This document shows positions 1 to 11,764 of a stretch of 34,328 bases of DNA, one piece after another. The notes below the pieces were generated by a model. It did no database searches. It saw nothing but the letters and a program-made list of their open reading frames with translations, and was not told where the DNA came from. Origin of the DNA: Reclinomonas americana ATCC 50394 (Eukaryota); NCBI GenBank assembly GCA_048213135.1, contig PS015177.1, forward strand, positions 34,432-68,759, read 5' to 3'. Positions within the stretch are counted from its first letter, which is position 1. Every line of letters begins with the position of its first letter. The position numbers and the translations under genes are program-made.

Positions 1-485
1 GGGGGTATGCTTTTGAAAGGAGAGAAAGGGGGTATGATTGTCGATTACAGCCCGCAAAACAGCGGCCGTGTGCCGTCGAGACACTCTCGCTCAAGGAGCG
101 AGGCAACACCCGTGCGATAGCCAAACGTCGTGCGGGCAAGGCGAGTAGGGGGTGGTGGTTAGGTCGGTGGTGGTGGTGGGGGGGAAAGAAGACACCACCA
201 CCGACATTAGAGAAGGTCACCAAAAAGACCCCACCACTCGCCGCCCGCAAAACCGACGCTGACATGCCGGGGCGGTGCACCAGGAAACCTGTGTCTCTGC
301 ACACGGCTGCTTGCGGGCCCAATATCTGAAAGAGTGGGAGAGGGAGGGAGGAGGAGGAAAGGGACAGAAGGGAGGGGAGAAGGAGGGAAAGGGGAGGAGG
401 AGAGAGAGGGAGGGAGGAGGGGTTGGAGGGGTTAAAGGGGGGGTTGAGTAACTGGACCACGGGGGCGGTCCAGCTCTACAGGTTA

Positions 486-1961
486 CTACTGGTAACGATC
501 CACCGACCACGTCATCAACAAGTGTGACAGGAACGCGCGGGCGCGGTCGGGGTCCGCCAGGCAGGCGCAAAGCTCATGGCGCTCTGCCGGCGACATGTGT
601 GACAGATGCTCCACCAGAGCCGCCGACGGAGGGGGCGGCAGCGGCATCGGTGGTGAAGCAGCTGCGGCGTCGTCGACACGACGACGCGAAGTTGGCGGCG
701 ACTCGTCGTCCACATCATCCGCGTCCATGGACGACGGCGACGCTCGCTTGTTGTTGGCGCGCCGCGCCGCACTGTCGGTCTGCGGCTTGGGCGGGCGCTT
801 NNNNNNNNNNNNNNNNNNNNNNNNNNNNNNNNNNNNNNNNNNNNNNNNNNNNNNNNNNNNNNNNNNNNNNNNNNNNNNNNNNNNNNNNNNNNNNNNNNNN
901 NNNNNNNNNNNNNNNNNNNNNNNNNNNNNNNNNNNNNNNNNNNNNNNNNNNNNNNNNNNNNNNNNNNNNNNNNNNNNNNNNNNNNNNNNNNNNNNNNNNN
1001 NNNNNNNNNNNNNNNNNNNNNNNNNNNNNNNNNNNNNNNNNNNNNNNNNNNNCTTGGCCTTGACCACAAAGGGCGACGAGTGAATGACCAGCATGCGGTG
1101 CGCGGGGTTCGCCGCATCGGCCACTGTCAGCTCCAGACGGAAGCGCGAGCCCTTGTGTCGCGACGACTGCGTGCGCAGCGTCAGCGCGCTCTCGCCCTCG
1201 TACACCGACTCGCCACTGCATCGACTCAGCGCAAACGACACGTCGCCCTGCAGCGGCGGTGGCTCGCACACCACATCAGCGCCCGTCTCCGTAATCAGCG
1301 ACACATGCACCACCGCTGAGTGTCCGCCAGGCAGCAAACTGTTCAGCCCATCCACGCGCAACAGCAGGTGCGACGAGTATGGCGCCGAGTACTGCACATC
1401 GGCACTGCAACAACGTCCGTCCATGAGCGTCCACAATGCTATTAATGCACACGCCAGACAACAACAACAACATACGCAACAGATCAGTGGAGAACTCGGT
1501 GCGCTGCTGGCGAGCCGACTTGAAGAGCACCTGGAACGGCACCGTGTAGCCTGCATGCACAAAGGAGCGTGTGAGCAACACAGTCTATTTCAGGTCGAAC
1601 ATTGTCGCGCGTCAAAGCAAAACTCACCGCCCACTAGCGTCCAGCTGCCCACCTCTCGCACAGCGGCTGGTGGTGGTGGCGGCGGTGGTGGTGGCGGTAG
1701 TGGTGGCGCACACCACACAGCAGTCGACGAGGACAAGGCGGCAGGCGGCAAACACGTGGTGGGCGGTTGCGAGGGCAAAGGCGGTGGTGGTGGCATCGAC
1801 ATCGGCAGCGCCACTAGCGGAGGCGACGCGCTTGTGAAGCCATCATCATCGTCACCAAAGCCGCCGCCAAAGCCAAAGTCGTCGTGTGGTGGTGGCGGTT
1901 GGTGATGGTGATGGTGCATGTTGGCCCACCAGCCGCCGCTGTCCAGGTCGTCGCTGTTCAT
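486..1961 (-). CDS. Putative DNA-binding protein with a CudA/p53-like Ig-fold-type domain and a His/Pro-rich N-terminus (at least 3 exons; N-gap inside)
   Basis: ATG at 1961 (MNSDDLDSGGWWANMHHHHHQPPPP...). Introns 1551-1627 (g|GTGAG..CAG) and 1405-1480 (t|GTTGCGT..CAG) join ...SWTLVGGYTVPFQVLFKS...TDLADVQYSAPY. The domain ends LTLRTQSSRHKGSRFRLELTV...VIHSSPFVVKAK, followed by basic KRPPK/KRASP. Stop is TAG at 486-488. The family call rests on remembered motif resemblance only. Confidence 0.6.
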
Positions 1962-2321
1962 CACCGAGGTGCCGCGAGAGGGTGTGTGTGTGTGTGTGTG
2001 TATAAGAAGGTGGGGTATGAATGGGTATGTGTGTCCGACTGTGGCCCGAGCTCTCCGATGCCGAAGGAAAAAATACCTGTCCACTCGTCGGGTGGATGGC
2101 GGATTCAGANNNNNNNNNNNNNNNNNNNNNNNNNNNNNNNNAGAGAGAGAGAGAGAGAGTTTCCGAGTCCTCACAAACAAGTCAAGCGCGGCGACAGCAT
2201 GTTGGAGGCGTCTGTCAGTGGTGGTCGGGATTGCGATGCAGCGAGTGCAGGAAACGCATCGACAAGGCGCCACCCGCACCGTAACCCTGCATGCGCATTC
2301 CGAACAAATCAGCTCGACACA

Positions 2322-3543
2322 ATGCGTGTTTCGCTCCTCCCCCTCCTCTCCCTCCTCCTCCTGCTGCTGGCGGTGGTCTCTGTTGCAAGTGCCGCACCAC
2401 GCCCGTATCACGGCACACTGTTTGCCGCCTCGTGGAACGTGTACGACAAGCCGCACTTTGACAACCGAGTGGGTTCGCTCGACGTGCATTCCTCCGGCAA
2501 CTTTACGCAGCCGTGGCTGACGGCGTTCCCGGCGGCGAGTGATGCCACCACGGCCACGGCCATGAGTGCGCACTCGCTGCTGCTGTACGCGGAGCCGACC
2601 ACTGCGCGTGAGAGCGCCATGTACGTGTTGAATGTGACGCAGTCGCAGCAGGAGTTGCGCGTGGTGCACCGCGTGACGCCGGCCAAGAAGCTCGACGATG
2701 TGCGCTGTGCGCAGAGTGTGAGCGAGGAGCTGTCGGCGCAGGAGTGCTACGGCTTGTTCCAGGGTCCGGTGGGCACCAGCGACAAGAATGCTCTCATGCG
2801 ACTGGATGTGCGCACCGGCGCCGTCAGCACTGTGATGTCGCTGGCGGACTGGGATGGGTGGGAGATGGATGCCTCTGCGTTTGACACGCAGCGCCGCCTC
2901 TTCCATGTGGTGCTGTCGAGGAGCATTCGCGAGGTGAGATCAAGACACCGACCCCCACTTCTGCATTCTCCTCCTCTCCTCATTGTTCCTCCTATGCGCG
3001 TGCGCGTGTGTGCAGGGTGCTGCCGCCGATCGCGACGGCGCAGACTTCCCGCCGCAGTATACTCTGGAGCTGGTGACGATTGACGTGGCGACGGGCAAGG
3101 TTCTCGCCGAGGTGGGCGTGGCGCGCCAGTTCGCCGGCCCCATGTGCGTAGATGAGCGCCTCGGCTTGATCACACTCGGCAGCGAGCAGGGCCTGACGCT
3201 GGCGTTGGTCGACTGGCACACAGTTGCGTGCAGCATGCTAGCGCTCGTGCTCCTGGTGAAACTCAAACTGAACACAAACTATGCGATGTGTGGTGGTGAA
3301 ACAATAATACAGGGCAAGGAGACCTCGCTGTACCCCGACAAGATCGGCTACCCGTCGCCGTACGGTGCGGCCTGCGAGAGTGGCTTCCTGGCAGCGTCGT
3401 ACATTGACGCCGTGCACCACACGAACAAGCTGGTGGTGTTCGACTTGTCGACCGCCTCCGCCACATCGCCCGCCACCATCACCTCCATCGTCGACAGCGC
3501 CATCGATACGCATGCCTACGCGTTGACCAAGGATCCGCAGTGA
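2322..3543 (+). CDS. Secreted or lumenal protein of unknown function, possibly a beta-propeller (3 exons)
   Basis: Clear signal peptide MRVSLLPLLSLLLLLLAVVSVASA. Introns 2934-3015 (GTGAG..CAG) and 3223-3312 (GTTGCGT..CAG). Recurrent beta-hairpin-like motifs LMRLDVRTGAV, LVTIDVATGKV and LALVDWHTGKE. Stop is TGA at 3541-3543. Confidence 0.75.
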
Positions 3544-3775
3544 GCATGCGTGAAGGATAGAGCAAGGAAGCATGATGGTGTGATAACTTCCCAACGTAAT
3601 AAAGAGTGGACTGCATGCCAATAGAGGACTCGCCAACCAGCAGCACTGGCATGTGCCTGCATTCGCACTCTGGCCGCCACTACGCCGCGTTGGAACGGCG
3701 ATCACCGGCAGACTTGTCCCGTCAGGCGCTAATTCCGGCTCCCCTCTTATCTCCTGCTCAACAACTGACACGCAC

Positions 3776-6700
3776 ATGTCGTCGCGGCATGCATATTCAC
3801 GAGCAGAGCTTCTTGCTCTGCGCAATGCAGTGAGCGATCCTCCACCACGACCCGAAGGTCTACCCTTTCATTTGTGGAAACATGCACCGTTGCGCCCTTG
3901 TCTCTCTGCGAATGTGTGTGCAGCAAGGTCTCTGATCGTGCCTCTGTGAAGACACTTGGACTTGCCGGACGACTGTTGGAGACGAGTGTTTGAGTTCACC
4001 GATCTCGGTGAGTGCATCGCATGCATGTGCACCTCCCGCGTATTCGCTCAATCACTCCCCGCTCACAGGCGAAGTGCTGCGTCTGCGACGCGTGAATTCG
4101 CGGTCAGTCAGCCGAGTACCTCCACCTCCACTCTCCTCCTCCACTCCACTGACAGACGGTGAGCAATGCCTGCACAGATGGAAGCACATCGTGTTCCTCT
4201 CCGAGTTTGTCCGTGTGCCACTGCCGCTGCGCTCACGCGTGCAGTACCCGCCTGGGCGACTCATGAGGTTCGTCTCTGCGTGCATCCGCTCTCCCATGGC
4301 GTGACTCCTGACTGGGGAGTGGAGCAGATTGATGTTGGCCACCTTGCAGAGATTCCGTGCACTCCGAGTGCTGTCGCTGGGACTGGATCGCCGCTACCTG
4401 GCATCGTCCTCCTCTTCGACTGGCGCTGCACCTTCTGCTGCTGCTACTGCTGGTGGATCCAGTTCGTCGCCTTTACCATCACCGTCTCCGTCTCCGTCGG
4501 CCCGCGTCGATCATGCCAGCAGTGTGTTTGTGGACGAGTTTCAGGCGGTGCGTGTGTGGAGTGCACGCACGAATGCACGCCAGTCGAGTTGTGTCTCACC
4601 TGCAAGTGCAGTCTGACTGGCGTCAAGAACCGCGGCAAGAGCGCCGGAGGGGCAACTCCACACAGTCATCGTCGTCGTCGGTGGCGTCGTCGGCATCGAC
4701 GCAGCACGTGTACCGCGACGAGGTGTGCATGAGTGACGCACAGATGGAGGAACTCTTCGCCGCCATGGTGCACCTCGAGAAGCTGCAGCTGTGTGGTATC
4801 GGTGGCCTTCGATCGTTCCGCTTGCCACCACCACTGGCACGCACGCTGCGCCACGCCTCGTTTATGGTAAGTCGCGCGTGTGTGTGTGCACATGTCGACA
4901 CACGCGCTGACCATGCAGTCAACAGAACTGCTCGGATCTGACACTGAGCATGTCGACAAGTGCGCCGGCGGCTGCCGCATCCGCGACAGACGACACGGCG
5001 GCCGTGCGTCGCTTCCCATCGGATCCAGACGCACCCCCCGTACCCCTATCGATGTGCGCCTTTCTTCAGGCCGCCGTGCGGCTCGTTTCCCTCAACATTG
5101 AGAGTTGTCGGTACGCGATGCCGATGGCACTTTGTTTCTCTCTTCCTCCGCGCACGCACTCTGAATCCCATGCAGCAATCTAGACGTGTCCAGCGTGGCC
5201 GAGGCTGTGTCATGCCACCTCTCGGTTCTCCGCACTCTCTCCATACACGCCAGTGGTCGAGAGGCGTCCTCGCGTCTCGTCTTCTCCTCATCATCACTCA
5301 AATCGCTGCGCATCTCCAACTGTGCCGTGCTGGCGCTGGCGCTGCAGACACCGGCGCTGGAGCATTTGCAGCTGTTTGACATGCACGAATTGGACGAGGA
5401 CGCACTGTGTGCCACGTTGCTCGATCTGCAGCGTGGAGTACATCCGCACGACGGCACCGCCACCACCAATGTGTCGGTGTTGATTCGTCGCTCGCCGGTG
5501 CGAATGGTGACGGTGCCGGCGGGCTCGCGTGTGCACTCGCTTTCACTGCGCGACATGCCCGTGTTGGATACTGGTAAGCCATGGAAAAAGCAGAGGAGAG
5601 ATGGAGGGTATGCACTCGTGATTCGTCCTCACACCCGCACACACACACAGTGGTGCTGGTGGAACCATCGTCGCTGAGTGTTCTCGAATGCATTCGCCTG
5701 CCCGAGCTGCACGTGGTAACGGCGCAGGTGCCGATCGATGATGTGCCGAGGTTGACCGATGCGCCGCCCGTCAATCAGTCGCTCCGTGAACTGTGTCTGG
5801 AGCAGTGCCCGGCTCTCGACGCGCGCGCTGTCGAGACGATTCTTGGAGGTGCAGAAGAACGATCAACAGCGTGTGATACTTTCGTGTTCTCACTCGGCTC
5901 GCTTAGTGTTCACCCAACTGCACCACTTGACACTCGGTGTGCAGCCACACGGCGCACTGGTCAAGAATGGCCGTTTGCGTTTTACGTCACCATCGCTTCG
6001 GCATGTCTCGTTCCGAGTGAGTATCATCATCTCGAGCTCGCTGTCGTCGACAGTTCCTGAATGCGTTTCACAGGACTGCACGGTGGGCTCCACGATGTTG
6101 GCCACATCGGGTCTCACAGCGGCCTCGACATTGAGCACATTGGACCTGCAGAGCGTCACGTGGCAATCAGGTAGATGTGGAAACGCGCACACACATTTTT
6201 CAATGTCAGGAAGCCAGCTGACATGGTGGTATATCAGGGCTCAAGTCGCCGTCGCTGCACCGATTGCTGGCCACACATTCGGTGCTGGTGTCGCCGTGGG
6301 ATGCACCGGCCTTTGGAGAAGTGGCTGTTGCGTCGCTGCGTGCGCTCGCACTGGCAAACTGCGAGGTGTCGGTGCCACTACTGCTCTCCGTGTTGCAGAG
6401 CTGGTGCGTACGTCCCTTTTCCTCGTCACGCCCGACACCGAGACCAATGACCTCGTCTTCTCGCATGCGTACAGCGAGCGATCACTACAGACGCTGGATT
6501 TGCGGCACACATACGCCACACCAGCGCCGTCGTCGACCACCTCGGCAGCCGCTAACGCTGCGGCCTCCGGTGGGGGCAAATCCCCGCACGTGTCCAAGCT
6601 GGCAGAGGAGATGGGTGTGCGGCCGTCCCTCTACGCCGCCGGTTTCTACCCGGCCGAGAGCGATGATGATGACAGTGGTGACGATGACGACGACGACGAC

Positions 6701-7210
6701 GAGGAGGAGGCAGGGAACAGAACGACGAGGGTGAAATCGGCGAGTGCTGAATCCGCATCGTGGTCACTGGAGCGGCTGACTGCACTTCGTAGTCTGTGGT
6801 TGGCCGGTTCCGGTGGCAGCAGTGCTTCATTGTCCTCCTCCTCCTCCTCCTCCTCCTCCACCACCACCACCACCACCACCACCGCTTCAGCGGCAGCATC
6901 GGCAGGGGGCGGCAGTGGAGGAGGCACGCGTACTCAATCGCCCAAGATTGTCAGCAGTGGAGGCGCTGGCGCGCAGTCGCCGTTCGTGCACGTTTTGCTG
7001 TGTGATCGGCGACTGGCGATCACCCCACTACTGGCCTCCCGCTGTCGCAGCGGTGCAGCTGCATTGACGGTAAATGTCGAATCAGGGTCCACTGGCGCGT
7101 TTGCGGCAGACGCACTGTGCGCCACTGTCACCAGTGGAAATGTGAGTGTGGTAATGGTGCCGCCGCTGGCGCAGTCGATACCGATTCCGCGAATGAAATC
7201 TCCACGGTAG
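3776..7210 (+). CDS. F-box / leucine-rich repeat protein (FBXL-like), about 13 exons
   Basis: The spliced F-box reads LDLPDDCWRRVFEFTDLGEVLRLRRVNSRWKHIV across three introns. LRRs include LRVLSLG, LEKLQLCGIGGL, LRHASFMNCSDL, LVSLNIESCRNL, LKSLRISNCAVL, LEHLQLFDMHEL, LRELCLEQCPAL, LRALALANC, LQTLDLRHT and LRSLWLAGS. Stop is TAG at 7208-7210. Confidence 0.85.
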
Positions 7211-7268
7211 TCATGTGATGTTACAACAATGACGTAAAAAAGTACATTACAGTTCGTCGCCACGCGCA

Positions 7269-10200
7269 TCACCTCAACGATCCTTCGTCATCGAGGCCTG
7301 CGCCGGCTTCCACACGCGAGAAAAGATTGTACAGTTCAAAATGCTTGCGATGCGACGCAATCTCAAGCGGTCTCTGCACCAGGTCGGTGCCGCCCGCCGG
7401 GTGCTTGACGCGTTGTGCGATGGCCAGCGATGCGCCGGCTCGAATCAGAGCGCGAACGGCTTTGATCTTGCCCTCGGATGCAGCGAGACAGAGCGCGGTG
7501 GTGTGCGTGTCACCTATAACGTGGTCAGGCGACGCAGACTCTTTCAAGATTCTGCATCCACACTCACCAATCCACCACAGCTGGTTCACGTCCACAAAAC
7601 GGTGCGCGGCCAACACCGGTATGCATTTCGGTCGATCGAGCTTGGCGGCGACAAACAGTGGCTGCACAGGGAGATGAGCAAAGGGGTTCACACTACGCTG
7701 CATACACGGGGGTATGCGCACGACACACCGGCAAGTTGCCGTGGTCTGGACAAGTGGCGGTGGGATCCGCGTGCAACTCATTGATGAGGTAGTCCACAAC
7801 GTCGTCGTTGTCGAGCTCCACCGACTTGGAGAGCGGCTGTGAGAATAACGGTCAGCTCACTGCCTGCTCGTCAAAAACCGTGCCAATCCTCACCGTCCCC
7901 TGATTGCACATGAAGCACGGCAAGTTGACGTGCACACCACACCACCGCACCAAGTACTCCATCACACGCAGCTGGCCCCATCGCACCGCACGACCCATCG
8001 CCGTGTCCTTGGTGGCATCGCACGTCAACTGCACATCGGCTCCTGCTCGAATCAGTGCCGTCACCGCCTGTTTGACACTCGCAGATGTCAGCACTCTACG
8101 CAAGGAATGTGCACCATGCGAATAAACACAACTTCCAAGTTGCCGTTCTTGGCCGCCGCGTGAATCGGCTGTTGGCTGACTGGTAAGCAAATGCTCCTCT
8201 TAGATCTTCAAGTGTCACATCACTCTCACCGCATTGCCGTTCTCCGACTGCAGATTCGGGTTCGCGCCGTGATTCAGCAGCGCCTGCAACAGATCGACTT
8301 GATTGCGCACAGCTGCCACATACAGTGCCTGTGTGTGGGGGCTCCGGTGAGGTGACACCAAACATACGAGCAAAAACAAGCACACGACAACGGACCGTTG
8401 AACCCGTGGCGATGCGGTACTGCGATGGACCGTCGGCCGGCCACTGCATGTCGACATCGACACCGAAGCGGAGCAGCAGGTGCAACAGTGGGAGAACAAG
8501 TTGCTGTTGCTGCAGCAGCGGCACCTTGAGAATGATCGGATTGCGCTTGTCGTTTACGTGCGCGCCATTGGTACAGAAGAGATCCACAAGTGCAAGATCG
8601 ATGTGCTGCCGATCCACGTACGCCTGCAACAGTGGTGGGTGGCCTGCGTTGAGATCGGCGCCCAGTCGCACCAGGAGAGCCACCACTTCCACGTCGGGGT
8701 ACTCGTGAGTGTTCATGTAGGCATTCAATACCTGCGAGAGGCATTGGTCGGCACATAATTTTGGGAAGGAGCACTCCACTAATTGGTATACCTCAAAGCC
8801 ATCGGCATTCATGTCGGTGCCACGAAGAGCAATGGTCCGCACGACATGCAAGTCGACCTCGGTGCCGCACACATACTGATGCAGAACCTGAGCGTGCGGG
8901 CGTGCGCGCGTGTGAGTTTCTCTCTGTGAGAGGTAGCGTAGGAGAAAGCAGTGCGCAACGTGCAAGTGGCTCAGTTGTGGGGTCTCCACTCCTGCGCCAA
9001 TGAGTGCCATCAGAATCGACATGTCCTCGCGCTCCAGCGGTGTGGTGATGTACGACTCGTTGGCAACACCCTCCCATCGGTCACCAGACACACGTTCCTC
9101 TGCAGCGGAGAGTGCCCGTACGCGGCAATGAGCACATACGACTTTTGACGATGAATAATGTGGGCACACAGACCCCACGGAATGCCGGCACTCGGATTGG
9201 CGCCGGCTTTGAGCAGAAACTCGACCGTCTCCAGGTGGCTCTTTGCAATCGCCAGTGCCCTGAAGGAAATGTGCGGTGAGAACACGGAGTGGCACAACAG
9301 GCACGACGCGGACGCAACAGCGGGGTGATGAGGCGACGGCGCGGAAACACACTCGTTGACGAAGGGGAAAAGTCGGAGATGTACTGGATCTGGAACTGAT
9401 CGATGCGAACACCAACCCTGCACCGGAGCGCGCACACAATTAGCCTCCTCCTTTTGTTCTGCAAGCATCACCATCTGCACACGAAACATGACAAGCACTG
9501 GCAGTACGCTCATCCATCGCGACGGCTCCATCGTCAGCATGACCTCGTGGAGGTAGTTTCGCTTGTCCTCTGCGCAGCGGCAAGCACATTCAACTAACTC
9601 TCCACAGCCGTGTGACAGACAGCACTAATCCCTACCGTACAAGAACGAGCGTGTGCTCTTGGAGTGCAGCACGGCGCGCAAGTAATCCATGTGACCGTTT
9701 TCCACCAACCACATGCTGCTCGCCTCGTGAGTGAGGCACACCAAAAGTGAGACGAGCACACGGGGTACGCAACACGTCGAGAGGATTCGTCGTGGCATCG
9801 TACTCCTCTGCCAGCTGCTGGCTCAACTCGAGATCGTTGTACTCGAACATGGCCACGGACATGAAGTTGTGCGGTACTGCACGAGGGGATGGTGAGCACC
9901 GGCATTGGCATCACTTCCAACGCATGGAGACGTACATGAAGCGTTGGGGCAGGTTGCAGGTCGTCGTGTGAACGGATGATCGATCCCCAGTCCGGTCCAC
10001 TCGGCCACCGCACTGTACACAATGGCATCATGCCGTGGAGCCGCCAGGCTGTGGGGAATCGAATCGTGAGGTCGACGATCGGCATCGAGGTGAAAGCTAC
10101 GGCACAGCACGCAACTTGTACATCCGACTGCGCTCTGCTGTGAACTCTAGGTCAACACCTTGCCTCTCGACCAGCAAGTACTGAACCACCTCCGCCGCCG

Positions 10201-11328
10201 CCATGTCCACCACCAAGTCTGGCGACACGAGTGGTTCCACGAAACCATCTGCATACGGAAGAAGGACTGGCAGTCAGCGAGATAAACAAAGTGGTCTTGC
10301 AACAAAAGGCGAGACGCACGCATGTCGCCGGCTTGCGTTGCGTGCTTGATGATGGCACGCGCAGCCGCCACACCCAGTCCATCGTGCACCACATTGGTCT
10401 GTTCAGGGCAGAGAGAGAGACAGATCAGACCCGAGAGGGGAACCACACAGTTGATGATGGCACGCAACCATGGCCAAGCGCGCCAGGATCCGAACGGCGC
10501 GGTCACATGTGTCGTGCAGGTAGGCGGCCAGCGCCGACTTGGTGGCCGACGGCAAGTGGATCGGCGCGCTCTGTCGGCACAGTTGCTCGAACGCAGGCGG
10601 GACAGAACGCACAGTGCCAGGAGGTTCTGCATAGCACACACAACATGAGCGACGATGACCCACCGCCAACTTTCCAGACTCTCTCACTCGCAAACCTCCA
10701 GTGAGACGCTCCCACATGAGATCAAACAGGGTGGGAATCAGGGTCGAGTTCATGTAGTTGGCGCGGTCGTGCGGGAAGCTTATGAACTGCGCACACACGG
10801 ATGAGAGACAGCAACAGCGACAGGGCTGCGATCAGTCCAAACAAACACACACCGTCTGCCAAAAGTCGTCAAAGTGTCGCCCCGTGTACCGCAACACCGC
10901 CGCTGTGTGCTTCTCCAGCTCACTCCCATGCGGCACAATCACGACTTCCGTCACTGGCGGCTGCACAACCAGCGGCACCGCTCGCCTCGACGAAGCCGGC
11001 ACCGACGATCGCGCACTGGCCGATCCCGAGTTCGCACCCGGCCCACCGCCCGCCACAGTAACAGGCGCCGACATGGACGCCACCACTGTCGACGGCAGCA
11101 GCACAGAGAATCGCGCACTGCCGAGATCCTCCAGCTGCTGTGGCACAGTGTCTCCACCTTGCACAGTCATTGTCGACGCCGTGTCGTCTGTGAACCCTTC
11201 TTCGTCCTCAAGAGGAAGCGCAGGCTGCTGCTCCAGTAGTGATAGAGGAATGCGCGGCACGGGTACTGCAGGTGCGGCGGCATGCACCGATGTCAAGGCC
11301 GCAGTCGATGAGTTGAGATCGTCATACA

Positions 11329-11359
<31 letters not shown>

Positions 11360-11602
11360 TGTGGCCACCTGCTCATCGTCTTCTACATCATCGACGACAC
11401 TGTGTGGTGGTTCATCGGCGCCCACCACTGCCACATCGCTGCGCATGCGCTCCGTGGGCGGAGGTGGTGGACGGTGATTGGTCGACTGTGAGGCCAGTGA
11501 GTGTGCAGAGGCGTGCGAGGAGACGGGTGGCAGTGGTGGTGGAGAGAGTGGAGAGTGCACAGCGCTGTGTGAACGCCTCGCAGAGGAGCCTCCCGAACCC
11601 AT
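7269..11602 (-). CDS. Ankyrin-repeat protein with an N-terminal myristoylation motif and a low-complexity N-terminus, about 20 exons
   Basis: Start MGSGGSS at 11602. Spliced ankyrin repeats include TPLALAIAKSHLETVEFLLKAGANP, STALYVAAVRNQVDLLQALLNHGANPN, APIHAAAKNGNLEAVTALIRAGADV, TPLSKSVELDNDDVVDYLINE and TALCLAASEGKIKAVRALIRAGA. Frame stays continuous across GT-AG introns to TGA at 7269. Confidence 0.85.
9260..9318 (-). other. Representative intron with the atypical GTTGCGT 5' splice site
   Basis: Removing GTTGCGTC...TTCAG restores the ankyrin consensus TP(ct|g)ALAIAKSHLETVEFLL. Confidence 0.9.
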
Positions 11603-11764
11603 GTCGCAGCGACTCTTGGGTCTAAAAATCTGATATCGATGGTTGGTTGTTGAGGACAAGCGACGTTTGTGTTCTTTTGCTGTTGTTGTTTACACGTGTT
11701 ACAAAAAGGCAGTGGTTGTGGAGGACTGAAGCTTCCGCCTCTGTTTTTTCTCTTTTCTGTGCGC

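Noticed and set aside
1-480. G/purine-rich stretch and the 117-aa ORF 217-570; possible telomeric repeat
   Set aside because: Low-complexity sequence downstream of gene 1, with no regular telomere unit and no protein-like content.
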